Below the pieces are notes generated by a model. The model was not told the origin of the DNA. It made no database searches and saw only the letters and a list, made by a program, of their open reading frames with translations. Shown here piece after piece: positions 31,745 to 41,850 of a stretch of DNA of 64,000 nt. Position 1 is the first letter of the stretch; each line of letters starts with the position of its first letter. This DNA comes from Gammaproteobacteria bacterium (GTDB taxonomy: Bacteria; Pseudomonadota; Gammaproteobacteria; Eutrophobiales; Eutrophobiaceae). The stretch lies in assembly GCA_965222155.1 (NCBI GenBank), contig CBDCTH010000012.1, positions 3,445,456-3,509,455 of the forward strand. Reading direction: 5' to 3'. The translations under genes were made by a program, and so were the position numbers.

Positions 31745-33391
31745 ATGTTCTGGCTAGGATGTCTGTTTTTACTAACATCATGCACGTTTGCATACAAGGA
31801 GGAAGGGGCGATTGATTATCGTAAAACCGAGGTCTCAACTACAGATCTGAGTAAATTCACTGTTAAGACCGATAGTATAGAAACAAATATACAGGGAGAA
31901 CCAATTCGTATTGCCAAGTTGCAACGTAAGAATTTACCGCAAGATAACAGGGAAGTAACATTTTCAGAAAATGACAACATATGCATACGGCTTACATCAG
32001 CTTATATAAAAGACTATTCAGAAGGCCCCCTAAGCTGGGTTAATGATGCAGTTGGGGGGCAAATCAGGTCCAAGGGAGAAATTGCCGTTGTAGTTAACGC
32101 TTTTGCAGTCAAAGATTCTGTTGCTTTTGACTTCTCCGACAAAGGAGTTAATAAAGGAAAGGTGGTTTTTTTCTCTGATGATATCGTTGCAGGCCAGTTC
32201 ATGAATTTTAATAATATGCCAATTTACGGCCCCTCCTCTGAAGGAAAGAATGGCATAGGTCTTGAAATCTGGATTATGGAGCTGGATATTTCCGACGTTC
32301 TAACAGGAAATTTGCTCCGGGACATAGCCTCATATGGAACAATACCTCTTCCCTTTTCGTCTGTTGGGAACGTAATTCTGGAATCTATGGGTAAAAGCCT
32401 GTTAAGTTCCACTAATACTCACGATACAAATTTTCTTTACAGAGTACTGCTAGAGCCCAAGAAAGCAGCCATGCTTCCAAACGCCCCCCTAGAAGTCGGC
32501 CATTACGTATTCATTCGAGTTCAGGAAGATATTGGAGACATTCTGAAAAATATCAAGAACCTTGATTTTAAGAAAATTATCAAAGGGGGTAGAATTGATG
32601 ATATAAACTGGTCAGAACTGGTGCTTGATGAAAACAGTGGACGATTATATAAAAAGGTTAAAATGAACGGAGTAAATGCTCAGTGTGATTGTGATGATAA
32701 TGGTTATGATTATATTGAGTACACAGATCGAAATTATTTGGTTATAAGTGTTGATAAAGATACTTCTGGACGTGATTTATCTGTAGATAATAAGTTGTAT
32801 GAAGCTTTTCTCGGCTCTGTGAAAGAATCGGCAAATACCAATCAATTCGTTGCGACAATCATAATGGAATTAAAAATGCGTGAGATTATGACTTTGTTCG
32901 ACCAGTACTTTGAAGCAGTGAGCAAAGTTAATTCCGCAGAGGATGTCGTGAGAAAAGAAGATGATGCGATCAAGAAAGCAGCGGCAGAGGCTACGGCTAG
33001 GAAAGCTAAGGCTGATGCCACCTCCAAGAAAACGGATATGATTAATGGCTTTACATATTTTTGGGATGATTACATCAAACCTTCATTGGAAAAGCATTAT
33101 TACAAGTCGGCGTCACTCAACAGTAACGATCTCACAGAACGGGATCTAAGCCAAGCTGCTAGGCAATTTATGGCTAAAATCAGCCAAGGAGTTGGTAAAG
33201 GAATAAACGATATTGACATTTGTGTGTCTGACCTGTTCACGTGGTTTTCAAGTGGAGTCAAAGAAACAAATCGGGAGGTCGCTAAAGATAGAATAAACGA
33301 AATAAGGCAGAAGATAATTTCTTTGATCAACGGTAATGGGTGCCCGACTTCTACACCGCCGACTACAACCCCATCCGAGCAACAAACGTGA
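31745..33391 (+). CDS. Hypothetical probable lipoprotein
   Basis: Long AT-rich ORF; lipobox-like LLTSC; start uncertain (frame open from 31514). Confidence 0.55.
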   Translation: MFWLGCLFLLTSCTFAYKEEGAIDYRKTEVSTTDLSKFTVKTDSIETNIQGEPIRIAKLQRKNLPQDNREVTFSENDNICIRLTSAYIKDYSEGPLSWVNDAVGGQIRSKGEIAVVVNAFAVKDSVAFDFSDKGVNKGKVVFFSDDIVAGQFMNFNNMPIYGPSSEGKNGIGLEIWIMELDISDVLTGNLLRDIASYGTIPLPFSSVGNVILESMGKSLLSSTNTHDTNFLYRVLLEPKKAAMLPNAPLEVGHYVFIRVQEDIGDILKNIKNLDFKKIIKGGRIDDINWSELVLDENSGRLYKKVKMNGVNAQCDCDDNGYDYIEYTDRNYLVISVDKDTSGRDLSVDNKLYEAFLGSVKESANTNQFVATIIMELKMREIMTLFDQYFEAVSKVNSAEDVVRKEDDAIKKAAAEATARKAKADATSKKTDMINGFTYFWDDYIKPSLEKHYYKSASLNSNDLTERDLSQAARQFMAKISQGVGKGINDIDICVSDLFTWFSSGVKETNREVAKDRINEIRQKIISLINGNGCPTSTPPTTTPSEQQT

Positions 33392-33442
33392 AGCGCTTTA
33401 GCGATGCCCTATTAGGTATTTCCTACCCCATTCATACTGGCA

Positions 33443-33641
33443 CAGGCCGATTTGCAACGCTATTTCCAGGTCTCGCCTCCCTCAGTCCACCGCATGTTGA
33501 CCCAATTGGAGGACAAGGGACTCATTCGAAAACAGCTTGGTGTCGCACGTAGCCTCTCATTGGTACTGCCTGTCCATCAACTGCCACAACTTGACTGAAT
33601 TTGACTCGTCAATCGATCAGAATTAAATTGAAACGGTACTA
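33443..33641 (+). mobile_element. Remnant LexA/MarR-like winged-helix 3' end with probable IS630-type terminus
   Basis: ADLQRYFQVSPPSVHRMLTQLEDKGLIRKQLGVARSLSL...LPQLD*, followed by TTGAAACGGTACTA. Confidence 0.5.
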
Positions 33642-33715
33642 GTCTTGCCGGGTATTGATGACGTTACATACCCTTCTGACGGAGTTGAAACGGTAGCGAG
33701 TAGACTGGAGGTTTC

Positions 33716-34555
33716 TTGATGCCCCAACTACCCCATTGGCTGGAACAGTTACGCCGCACCGAAATCATACAGCGCGTAAAGAACGATCCTCGTTCCGGGC
33801 CAGAACAATACCTTGGAGTCAGTAGCTCGGATGCGACGCACGAAGTTGCCGGGTGGGGTCAGGCGGACTTCGACAAACCTTGGCGTCATCTGTCGCCTGA
33901 TGACCGTGTCCTTCTTTACGCTTACTTCTTTCAGCTTGGGCACTTGGAAGAACTTGTCGAGGCGTTTGGTATGCTCTTTGCCAAAACCCGTCCTGCGGAA
34001 CAACCCATTGTCGTCGATTTAGGTTGTGGACCGTTCACAGGCGGACTTGCTTTTGCCAGCGCACTTGGCTCCGAACAGCAATTTGATTATATCGGCGTGG
34101 ACCGATCTGAGGCTATGCGCAGACTAGGCGAACGGCTCGCAATCGCCGCCGAACATCACAATACAGCACTTCAAATTGGTCGCCAATGGGCATCCGACAT
34201 CTCCTCGATTTCCTGGCATCAACCACTGACTTGGCATCCGGTATTTGTCATTGTGTCGTACCTTCTGGCTAGCCCGACGGTGGACGTGGTGGAGCTTATC
34301 AAGGAGTTGGAACAACTGCTCTCAAAATTTGGCCGAGGGTCAGTCACAGTTTTGTACACAAATTCGAAACGAGACGAAGCCAATAAAAACTTTCCGGATT
34401 TTTGCAACGCATTGCGTGATGCAGATTTCAAAACACTTAAAGATGACATTGGAACAATTGCGGTGGAAAGAATGCACGGTACTCAGGGCCGCGACTTACG
34501 ATATGCTCTGTTCCATCGTCCTGCACAAAATACTCTTTCTCTTGGAGATAACTGA
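33716..34555 (+). CDS. Class I SAM-dependent methyltransferase-fold protein
   Basis: VVDLGCGPFTG motif I and YIGVDRS motif II; GGAGG RBS. Confidence 0.7.
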   Translation: MMPQLPHWLEQLRRTEIIQRVKNDPRSGPEQYLGVSSSDATHEVAGWGQADFDKPWRHLSPDDRVLLYAYFFQLGHLEELVEAFGMLFAKTRPAEQPIVVDLGCGPFTGGLAFASALGSEQQFDYIGVDRSEAMRRLGERLAIAAEHHNTALQIGRQWASDISSISWHQPLTWHPVFVIVSYLLASPTVDVVELIKELEQLLSKFGRGSVTVLYTNSKRDEANKNFPDFCNALRDADFKTLKDDIGTIAVERMHGTQGRDLRYALFHRPAQNTLSLGDN

Positions 34556-34556
34556 A

Positions 34557-35645
34557 GTGCGGCTACCAACTTGGGATGAAATCGTCAGCGAGGAGGACCA
34601 GCGCGATGTGTTGGAATATCCGCTTGATCAGCACCTATTCGTTGTGGGGCCACCTGGTTCCGGCAAGACAGTCCTTGCCTTGCACAGGGCGCGGATGATG
34701 GTGGATACAGGGATGCCAGTTAAACTTGTCACATACAATCGCATGCTCAGGCGTTTGCTGGAGCTGTTGGGGGGCGGAAGTATAGATGTTCAGACAATGC
34801 ATCAATTTGCATGGTACGACTACAAGGACCGGATGGGTGAAGAGCCACCACAGTATGTGGAATATAATAATGATTGGGAAACCATGCTTGCGCGCGTCAA
34901 AGACAACCATAAGTGCCACAACCAATTTCACATGATTGTGGATGAGGGACAAGACCTTCACCAGGAATTTTTCAGGTATGCTTCGTATGTCTCGAACGCC
35001 ATCACCGTATTTGCAGATGACGATCAAGCACTCAGTACGGATCGCTCAACGCTTGAGGACATCAAAGCCGCAGCCCACTTGAATGATCCGATTATTCTCA
35101 AAAAAAATCATCGGAATAGTCCGGAGATTGCTACGGTGGTGGAACATTTCCATAGTGGTCGTCTCCCCGCCGCATCCATCGTCCGCTCCTCAACGGGAGA
35201 ACTTCCTCGCCTGGTCAAAACAAAAAACCTTGAATCTACAGCCACGTTGGTGTCGAATTGGTATAATACCCGAGGCGGTAGTATCGGCGTTATTTTCAAT
35301 CGAAACGAGACCGGTAATGAGTTGCACACCATGCTCCGCAAGAAACTGCCCGACAAGCGCGTTGACATGTACACAAATGATCAAAAAAACGAGGGTAGTA
35401 TCGACATGCTATCTTCGGGTGTGACCATACTCAACAAAGAATCCGTGAAAGGCCAGGAATTTGCCACAGTGTTTATTTTGGAACTGGAATCCTTCATCCC
35501 ATGCAATACCCCTGTAAATAAACCCGCAATGTACATGATGTGTGCCCGTGCTTGTGATAATCTTTTTCTTATTTACGGCCCCGATTCACTTTCGATACAG
35601 GCAGAGAGAGCATTGCCGGGGGCTGATGCTTTGGAGCGGTCATGA
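34557..35645 (+). CDS. Short SF1 (UvrD-like) helicase
   Basis: GPPGSGKT, VDEGQD, FADDDQ, NHRN, KGQEF, CARA; GTG start 1 bp after the upstream stop. Confidence 0.8.
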   Translation: MRLPTWDEIVSEEDQRDVLEYPLDQHLFVVGPPGSGKTVLALHRARMMVDTGMPVKLVTYNRMLRRLLELLGGGSIDVQTMHQFAWYDYKDRMGEEPPQYVEYNNDWETMLARVKDNHKCHNQFHMIVDEGQDLHQEFFRYASYVSNAITVFADDDQALSTDRSTLEDIKAAAHLNDPIILKKNHRNSPEIATVVEHFHSGRLPAASIVRSSTGELPRLVKTKNLESTATLVSNWYNTRGGSIGVIFNRNETGNELHTMLRKKLPDKRVDMYTNDQKNEGSIDMLSSGVTILNKESVKGQEFATVFILELESFIPCNTPVNKPAMYMMCARACDNLFLIYGPDSLSIQAERALPGADALERS

Positions 35646-37822
35646 ATCCTCCTGAACCCCAGATGGCAATGCGCTTTTCCGAGGTTCGTGAACCTGAATC
35701 CCGCTGGTTGGGACTGGCCACTGATAATCGGCGTCTTTTTGATGCGTTGCAGGATGGTTGGCTACGACCCCAGTCTTCGGACGGGCAGATGGTAGGAATC
35801 GGAACGTACGTTCGGGATGGGAGCCCGGTCGATGCGGGGCATCCAATACACGTCCAGGTAAGACTAGATCCCGCGAAGTTGCCTAATCTTGATATTGACG
35901 TCTTGCGCAACAAAAGTTGGCGGACATCTTGTATTGGCGCGCTTGAGCCAACAGATCAGGCGTTGTACTGGCCGGGTGCGCTACCGACTTTCGCCATCTC
36001 GAAACTATTAGTATCGACCGAAGAAGAGCGTGCGCGTTTCACCGGCATGGCCAGGTATGTCTCGAATCTGATACTACCCAAAGAGTTGGTCAGAGTCGGT
36101 GCTAAACCCGGGGACTGTTTCGATGTGGAGGTTTCCCCACCCAAGGCAACGGTGGGTATTGGCATTCCAAGCGATATGGATGCAATCCACGGCGCTATTG
36201 CTATGGCTGTTTGGGGAGTTCCGCGAATTGATCCCTGGCTGGATATTCTCACCACCAGCCTTGACCCTGAACAATCGGGGCTGGAAGATCTGGCCGCGAA
36301 AATGGACGCCTCATGGTGGCGGTTTCCACCCTGGATGCGGCTTCAGGGTGAGGTCAATTCAGACAGCCTGCACGATCGCCTCTGGTTGGCTGCCGTGGAA
36401 GTGTTTCGAAGTCAAGTAAGTGGCGAGCGTATCGATCCCCGTGAACTCTCAACACGAATACACGCTAGGGCGTCACAAAGCTGTCCTGCAAAAGGTCGGG
36501 ACGAGCAGGCGAGAGAGTGGTTGGAGACCACAAACGGTATTCTACGCGCCGAGTCGGTCATTCAACTCCGGGATTGGCGGAGTTGCCCTGTTGGAATAGC
36601 CATTCAATTGGTGTTGGCTCGTCCAGAACCAACGAACTTCAAGACATGGTTTAAGGATATGCCGCAACTCCCCCCGGCAATTGCCTGGTCTGCAGCAGTT
36701 CTATGCGGTCTTTTGCATGGATACAGGCGTCTCGACTGCCAATTCCGTGGGACGGTGCTGCAACGCGAACTTCTATCAATTCAGGCATTGCGCCTGTCTG
36801 TCGCGGGGAAACGCGATCTTTGTTGGCCATCTGTCACCGCCAGGAAACCCGAATGGAGAAGGGCTGCCGGCCGCTTCGTGTTGGCTTGGGACGGTAATGA
36901 TTTTTCTACAAAGCCGGAGAATGCGCGCGGTCAATGGTTTGGCGCGGATTTCAAGAGAACAAAAGTTCAGGAAGAGGCCCATAAACTCGCAACAAATTTG
37001 AATTGGCCCTGTCTTTCCCAGCAGATCATTCTGACAGACGTACTACTACCCTATTCTGGTCCAGGCACTATGCGTTTACCCACCAATAAGGATACGCTAA
37101 TCGAGGTTGAAGGGACTGTACGGTTCCAGTTGCCGGAAAATTTGGAAATCGAGAAAAAACTTAATGTTGATCGGTTCCGCCACTTCATCGCCACGGAGGC
37201 AGGACCACTGTCGAATCCGCCATCCTCCTCGCTAGCAGCCGAGACGCAACCCCTGCAATCAGCTATTCCTGGCTTGATATATATCCGAGATTATCTGAGC
37301 GAGGGCGAAGAAGATGAACTTGTTAAACTCATTGATAGTCACCCATGGGACACTCAACTGAAACGACGCGTTCAGCACTATGGGTGGCGTTATGCTTACA
37401 AAGCCCGTCAAGTTGACCCAGCCATGCGTCTCGGCCCCCTGCCGGATTGGGCTGACAAACTCGCCGGACGCCTTGTTTCAGAAGGGCTTGTACCGCAACT
37501 TCCCGATCAGGTTATTGTCAATGAGTATATTAGAGAACAGGGCATCAGTGCCCATGTTGATAGTAACAGCTTTGCTGATCATATCGTCACGATCAGTCTA
37601 TTGGAATCGTGGGGGATGGTGTTTCGCAAAAAAGGGTCAAAAAACAAAGTCGAACAGCTACTTGAGCGACGCAGTGCGGCAATCATGAGTGGCGAAGCCC
37701 GGTATGACTGGAAACATGGAATACCAATGCGGAAGAGCGAGCGTAACAAGTCCGGCGAGGGACGCAGGAACCGAGAGCGTCGCATTTCACTTACCTTTCG
37801 CAAGGTGAAATACTCCGTGTAG
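35642..37822 (+). CDS. Large protein: ~540-aa unknown N-terminus plus C-terminal AlkB-type 2OG-Fe(II) dioxygenase
   Basis: RRVQHYGWRY, IVNEY..QGISAHVD, WKHGI, RRISLTFR; ATGA overlap with the helicase. Confidence 0.8.
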   Translation: MNPPEPQMAMRFSEVREPESRWLGLATDNRRLFDALQDGWLRPQSSDGQMVGIGTYVRDGSPVDAGHPIHVQVRLDPAKLPNLDIDVLRNKSWRTSCIGALEPTDQALYWPGALPTFAISKLLVSTEEERARFTGMARYVSNLILPKELVRVGAKPGDCFDVEVSPPKATVGIGIPSDMDAIHGAIAMAVWGVPRIDPWLDILTTSLDPEQSGLEDLAAKMDASWWRFPPWMRLQGEVNSDSLHDRLWLAAVEVFRSQVSGERIDPRELSTRIHARASQSCPAKGRDEQAREWLETTNGILRAESVIQLRDWRSCPVGIAIQLVLARPEPTNFKTWFKDMPQLPPAIAWSAAVLCGLLHGYRRLDCQFRGTVLQRELLSIQALRLSVAGKRDLCWPSVTARKPEWRRAAGRFVLAWDGNDFSTKPENARGQWFGADFKRTKVQEEAHKLATNLNWPCLSQQIILTDVLLPYSGPGTMRLPTNKDTLIEVEGTVRFQLPENLEIEKKLNVDRFRHFIATEAGPLSNPPSSSLAAETQPLQSAIPGLIYIRDYLSEGEEDELVKLIDSHPWDTQLKRRVQHYGWRYAYKARQVDPAMRLGPLPDWADKLAGRLVSEGLVPQLPDQVIVNEYIREQGISAHVDSNSFADHIVTISLLESWGMVFRKKGSKNKVEQLLERRSAAIMSGEARYDWKHGIPMRKSERNKSGEGRRNRERRISLTFRKVKYSV

Positions 37823-37896
37823 TGCCGGCTCGAAGATAATGTATGGTCCGCCCCGAGTTTGAAAGACAAATAACTGGCGAGGCAAGTCAGGTCGCG

Positions 37897-38152
37897 CATC
37901 CAGGGTCAGACCAGTATAAAAACTATAACTGTTTGATTTTAATTGATAATCCGTCTGTACATGACCTTTTCCAATCGTTAGAACACGCGTTTTATTACGA
38001 AAAAAGACATTGTAAGAAATGTCACTTGCTTAACATGATATTTTCCGCCGTGAAAACCCTGTTCTAATCCTTAAAATAGCGCGCTATTGAGAATTTTATC
38101 CTCTATAATCATAGAGTTATATTGGTCCGACCCACTCGTATCCCCTCGTATG
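37897..38152 (+). repeat. Junction element copy R5 (full, right end stuttered)
   Basis: Ends CCCACTCGTAT-CCCCTCGTATG. Confidence 0.95.
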
Positions 38153-38238
38153 TACCTCTAAGGGGGGTGGCTTTGTAAAACGCTTGTTGAGTACACCTGC
38201 TCTCTAACTCAAATTTTGTTGATTTTAGTTTTATTAAA
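38153..38238 (+). repeat. ~87-bp extension that travels with the junction element (1 of 3)
   Basis: TACCTCTAAGGGGGGTGG...TTTTATTAAA also at 38753..38839 and 56394..56480. Confidence 0.9.
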
Positions 38239-38534
38239 GGGAACCTCTAATAATTGACGATTTCCGTTACTATCGCTATCTATGCGGGCAAGCCGGGTTC
38301 TTTTACATATAAATGTATTCGGCCAGTGGCGAAATGACCCCGTGCTCGCCTTCATCGACCCCTTAATCGGGCCGTTTTATTGCCTTCGGGTGTCGGTTTG
38401 ACACCCGCCGGGCGTTGTCTCCGTCAAGCAGGCGCGCTGACCCCTTCCAGGTAACACAGTCGTCGCATGTTATACACCAGGTTCAGCATCCCAATGGCCA
38501 ACTCACTGCGCGCCAGCCCGATACAGCGTATCAG
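38239..38534 (-). mobile_element. IS5 right-end fragment
   Basis: Nearly identical to 46690..46985; cut 7 bp before R6. Confidence 0.9.
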
Positions 38535-38541
38535 AGATCCG

Positions 38542-38839
38542 CATCCAGGGTCAGACCAGTATAAAAAGTATAACTGTTTGATTTTAATTGATAATCCGTC
38601 TGTACATGACCTTATCCAATCGTTAGAACACGCGTTTTATTACAAAAAAAGACATTGTAAGAAATGTCACTTGCTTAACATGATATTTTCCGCCGTGAAA
38701 ACCCTGTTCTAATCCTTATCATAGGGTTATAATGGTCCGACTCCCTCGTATGTACCTCTAAGGGGGGTGGCTTTGTAAAACGCTTGTTGAATACACCTGC
38801 TCTCTAACTCAAATTTTGTTGATTTTAGTTTTATTAAAA
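38542..38839 (+). repeat. Junction element copy R6 (~35-bp internal deletion) plus 87-bp extension
   Basis: Sequence identity; shares the AGATCCG left flank and CTTATCCAA variant with R8. Confidence 0.93.
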
Positions 38840-38901
38840 TTTCTATAAAGTTGTGCTATTTTTTTGAAAGAAAAAGATATACAGTTTTCTTTTAAAAATA
38901 T

Positions 38902-39525
38902 ATGGGAAAACACACGCACAGCACTGATAGCAATATCCTCCGGCGGATTCATTCCCGTAAGCGGGGTTGGGTCTTTACGCCTGACAGTTTCACAGACCTC
39001 GGTACCCGGCAGGCAATTGATCTCGCGCTGATGGGGCATCGGAAGACTGGCCTCATCCGAAAACTGGCCCGGGGGTTGTATGATTACCCGAAAATCGATC
39101 CTCAGCTTGGTCCTTTACAGCCATCTACGGATGACATTGCAAAAGCCTTGGCAGGTCGTGATGCTGCCCGTTTACAACCCTCCGGGGCTTATGCGGCTAA
39201 TCTCCTTGGACTTTCTACACAAGTGCCAATGAAAGTCGTGTATTTGACGGATGGCCGGGCGCGGACAGTAAAGGTTGGCAAGCGAGAGATCGTCCTGAAA
39301 CGAACCACCCCCCGCAATATGGCTACCGCCGGGAGCAGCAGCGGGTCGGTGATCCAGGCCCTGCGCCACTTGGGCCGGAAAAACGTCGACCAACAAGTCA
39401 TTGCACAGCTTGATCGCCGTCTTGATGACGATGTTCGCAAGCAACTGATGAAAGATATTTGGTATGCCCCGGCTTGGATCGCCGATATCATTCGCATACT
39501 GGCTGCCCAGGAAAGTACAGTATGA
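38902..39525 (+). CDS. AbiEi-like (DUF6088-type) antitoxin
   Basis: [40 protein letters not shown]. Confidence 0.85.
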   Translation: MGKHTHSTDSNILRRIHSRKRGWVFTPDSFTDLGTRQAIDLALMGHRKTGLIRKLARGLYDYPKIDPQLGPLQPSTDDIAKALAGRDAARLQPSGAYAANLLGLSTQVPMKVVYLTDGRARTVKVGKREIVLKRTTPRNMATAGSSSGSVIQALRHLGRKNVDQQVIAQLDRRLDDDVRKQLMKDIWYAPAWIADIIRILAAQESTV

Positions 39526-39886
39526 GAGAATTTATTGCAATGCCGAAAGAACGTCGCCGGCTGGCCTGTACGGAGGCCGGCGCACAACTGAACCTGTCTG
39601 AGATTGCTGTCGAAAAGGACTTCTGGGTTTGCTGGACCCTGCGCAAATTGTTCGAGCTACCCAAATGGGGTGAACACCTGACGTTCAAGGGTGGTACATC
39701 ATTGTCCAAGTGTTGGAAGCTAATTGAACGTTTTTCCGAAGATATCGATATCGTCATCGAACGGGGCGCCTTGGGTTTTAGTGGAGAGAATGCCGTGGAA
39801 CAGGCACCCAGCAAGACACAGACAGAAAAGCGCCTCAAGGCACTGAAAGTAGCTTGCCAGCAATGTATCAGCGACAGGAGGATTCA
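39522..39886 (+). pseudogene. AbiEii nucleotidyltransferase toxin, 3' truncated by R7
   Basis: [25 protein letters not shown]; frame runs into the repeat after ~120 codons. Confidence 0.85.
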
Positions 39887-40132
39887 CATCCAGGGTCAGA
39901 CCAGCATAAAAAGTATAACTGTTTGATTTTAATTGATAATCCGTCTGTACATGACCTTTTCCAATCGTTAGAACACGCGTTTTATTACGAAAAAAGACAC
40001 TGTAAGAAATGTCACTTGCTTAACATGATATTTTCCGCCGTGAAAACCCTGTTCTAATCCTTAAAACAGCGCGCTATTGAGAATTTTATCCTCTATAATC
40101 ATAGAGTTATATTGGTCCGACCCCCTCGTATG
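39887..40132 (+). repeat. Junction element copy R7 (full)
   Basis: Sequence identity. Confidence 0.95.
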
Positions 40133-40293
40133 CCGGTGCAGTTTTCGTCGATCAGATCGCGGTATTGCTGATTGGCCGCCGTAGTGACTGCGTAAAACTT
40201 GCGAGCGGGGCGAGTGTGGGTATAGTCGGCGAAGAGCCGGTCGTGGAATTGAGCTTCTCGTTGCAGGCGGGTATCTTTATCAAAATCAATCAC
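40133..40293 (-). pseudogene. 5' fragment of a gene (possibly a methyltransferase) cut by R7
   Basis: MIDFDKDTRLQREAQFHDRLF... overlaps the upstream stop and runs into the repeat. Confidence 0.45.
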
Positions 40294-41062
40294 CGGGTTC
40301 TCTATCAGAATCAGGCGCTACATAGATGTTTTGTTTTTGGAGGACTTTTATGATTGTCTGCTGGTAATCTTTTGATGAACTGAGTTTTGGGTCTTGAAAA
40401 GCTAATAAACCAGCTTCTACGTCTTTATTCCGCAAGCCAGGTAATACGCCGGATATGGCCAAAGTGCGTGGCTCAGGATGTTGTAATGCCAGAAAGGTTA
40501 CCGTTATTAATTCATTGCGGTTTTTATTTTGATTAACCTGCCAATGTTCTGCTACACCTAATTCGCGATATTGGGCCTGCTTACCTTTATCGATGGATGT
40601 AATCCCGACTTCTACTACCAGATCCGGGGCGTGGTTAAGAACAAAGTTATCGCCAGCCTGTACACTATGCGCTCTAGCAAGTCGATACGCGCGGGCTTTT
40701 GGCCCGAGGTAATAACAGCAATCAGGTTCCAGGCCCGTATTCTCTGGATCGTTTGAACGGCGCCATCGATTTGCACGCAAAGCACTTCTTGATATAGAAA
40801 ATTCGTCTACTACGGCTTTGATAAGGGTATCTATGTCTTCTGCGAGTTGTTCGTGTGTTGCGCTGGGTGACATCAACATAACCAGGCCACGTACTGGATC
40901 TAATATTACCCGTCGAAAGACCTTCTCAAGCGGTAAACGAGCCAGGTTTAGCACCAGATCTTTATTCGCCAGGAAAGCGACGTACCCAGAATCCAATGAG
41001 TTTTTTCTGTGGACAAGTTCTGCTAAGTCGTCAACATTAATGGTTGTAGTTGTTAAATTCAT
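40286..41062 (-). CDS. Uma2-family endonuclease
   Basis: MSPSATHE, EPDCCYY, PDLVVEV, YRELGVAEHW. Confidence 0.85.
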   Translation of the reverse strand: MNLTTTTINVDDLAELVHRKNSLDSGYVAFLANKDLVLNLARLPLEKVFRRVILDPVRGLVMLMSPSATHEQLAEDIDTLIKAVVDEFSISRSALRANRWRRSNDPENTGLEPDCCYYLGPKARAYRLARAHSVQAGDNFVLNHAPDLVVEVGITSIDKGKQAQYRELGVAEHWQVNQNKNRNELITVTFLALQHPEPRTLAISGVLPGLRNKDVEAGLLAFQDPKLSSSKDYQQTIIKVLQKQNIYVAPDSDREPGD

Positions 41063-41191
41063 GGTGGTAATTCCTTAGTTGTAATGTGTACATCTTATTT
41101 GATGTAATTGTATAAAGTTGCCCTGGAGATTTTATAACGTTCTGTAATGGTTTTGATGGGGATGGCCGGGTTCTGTTTTAAAGTTTTGATC

Positions 41192-41638
41192 TCAGTGATT
41201 TGCGCGGGAGTCAGGGCTTGTGGTCTGCCGCCGCAGCGGCCGCGCGCGGGCTGCTTTGAGGCCGGCCAGGGTGCGTTCGCGGATCAGTTCACGTTCGTAT
41301 TCTGCCAGCGCGTCGACGACGTGGAACATGAGTTTGCCGGCAGGCGTGGTGGTATCGATATTTTCTTTCAGGATTTTGAAATGGATGGCTCTGTTTTCCA
41401 GATCCTGGGGTATTTTGATGAGGTGGCTGAGACTGCGACCTAACCGGTCCAGGCGCCAGACGATGAGGATATCGGCGGCTCTGAGTACTTTCAGACACTG
41501 GTTAAGTTGCGGCCGATCGCGGTCTTTCCCACGGGTAACATCCGTGTAGATCTGTTCGCACTGGGCGTTTTGCAGGGCGTCATGCTGTAATGCCAGGGAT
41601 TGATCACCGGTGGATACCCGCGCATAACCTATTTTCAT
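41192..41638 (-). pseudogene. Serine resolvase/invertase, C-terminal HTH lost
   Basis: MKIGYARVST, VWRLDRLGRS, AEYERELIRERTLAGLKAARAR, then divergence. Confidence 0.8.
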
Positions 41639-41770
41639 TTTCTGCCCGTTTTTTGTACGTTGATAAATATACGGGTTGTTAGACAAATGATCAAGCAACA
41701 ACAGCAACATCAGTATTTTCCAATATGAAATGAGCCTGACATAATCTGTGTTTCTGCTCATTGCGCCCAT

Positions 41771-41850
41771 CCCCCTGCTCAACTCCATACAGAGCTTGCC
41801 CCTGCGGTTGTAAGCAGGGGGGCAGGCTCTGTATGGAGTTGAGCAGGGGG
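41771..41850. repeat. 80-bp palindromic REP/MITE-like hairpin
   Basis: CCCCCTGCTCAACTCCATACAGAGC ... GCTCTGTATGGAGTTGAGCAGGGGG. Confidence 0.85.

Noticed and set aside
37836-37896. Possible IS110/IS1111-type left end (TAATGTATGGTCCGCCCC) cut by R5
   Set aside because: Only ~60 bp with no coding sequence; resemblance from memory is too weak to call.
41192-41638. Resolvase as the enzyme acting on the 245-bp repeats
   Set aside because: It lacks its DNA-binding tail, is not adjacent to a copy, and precise serine recombination would not give ragged, stuttered junctions.
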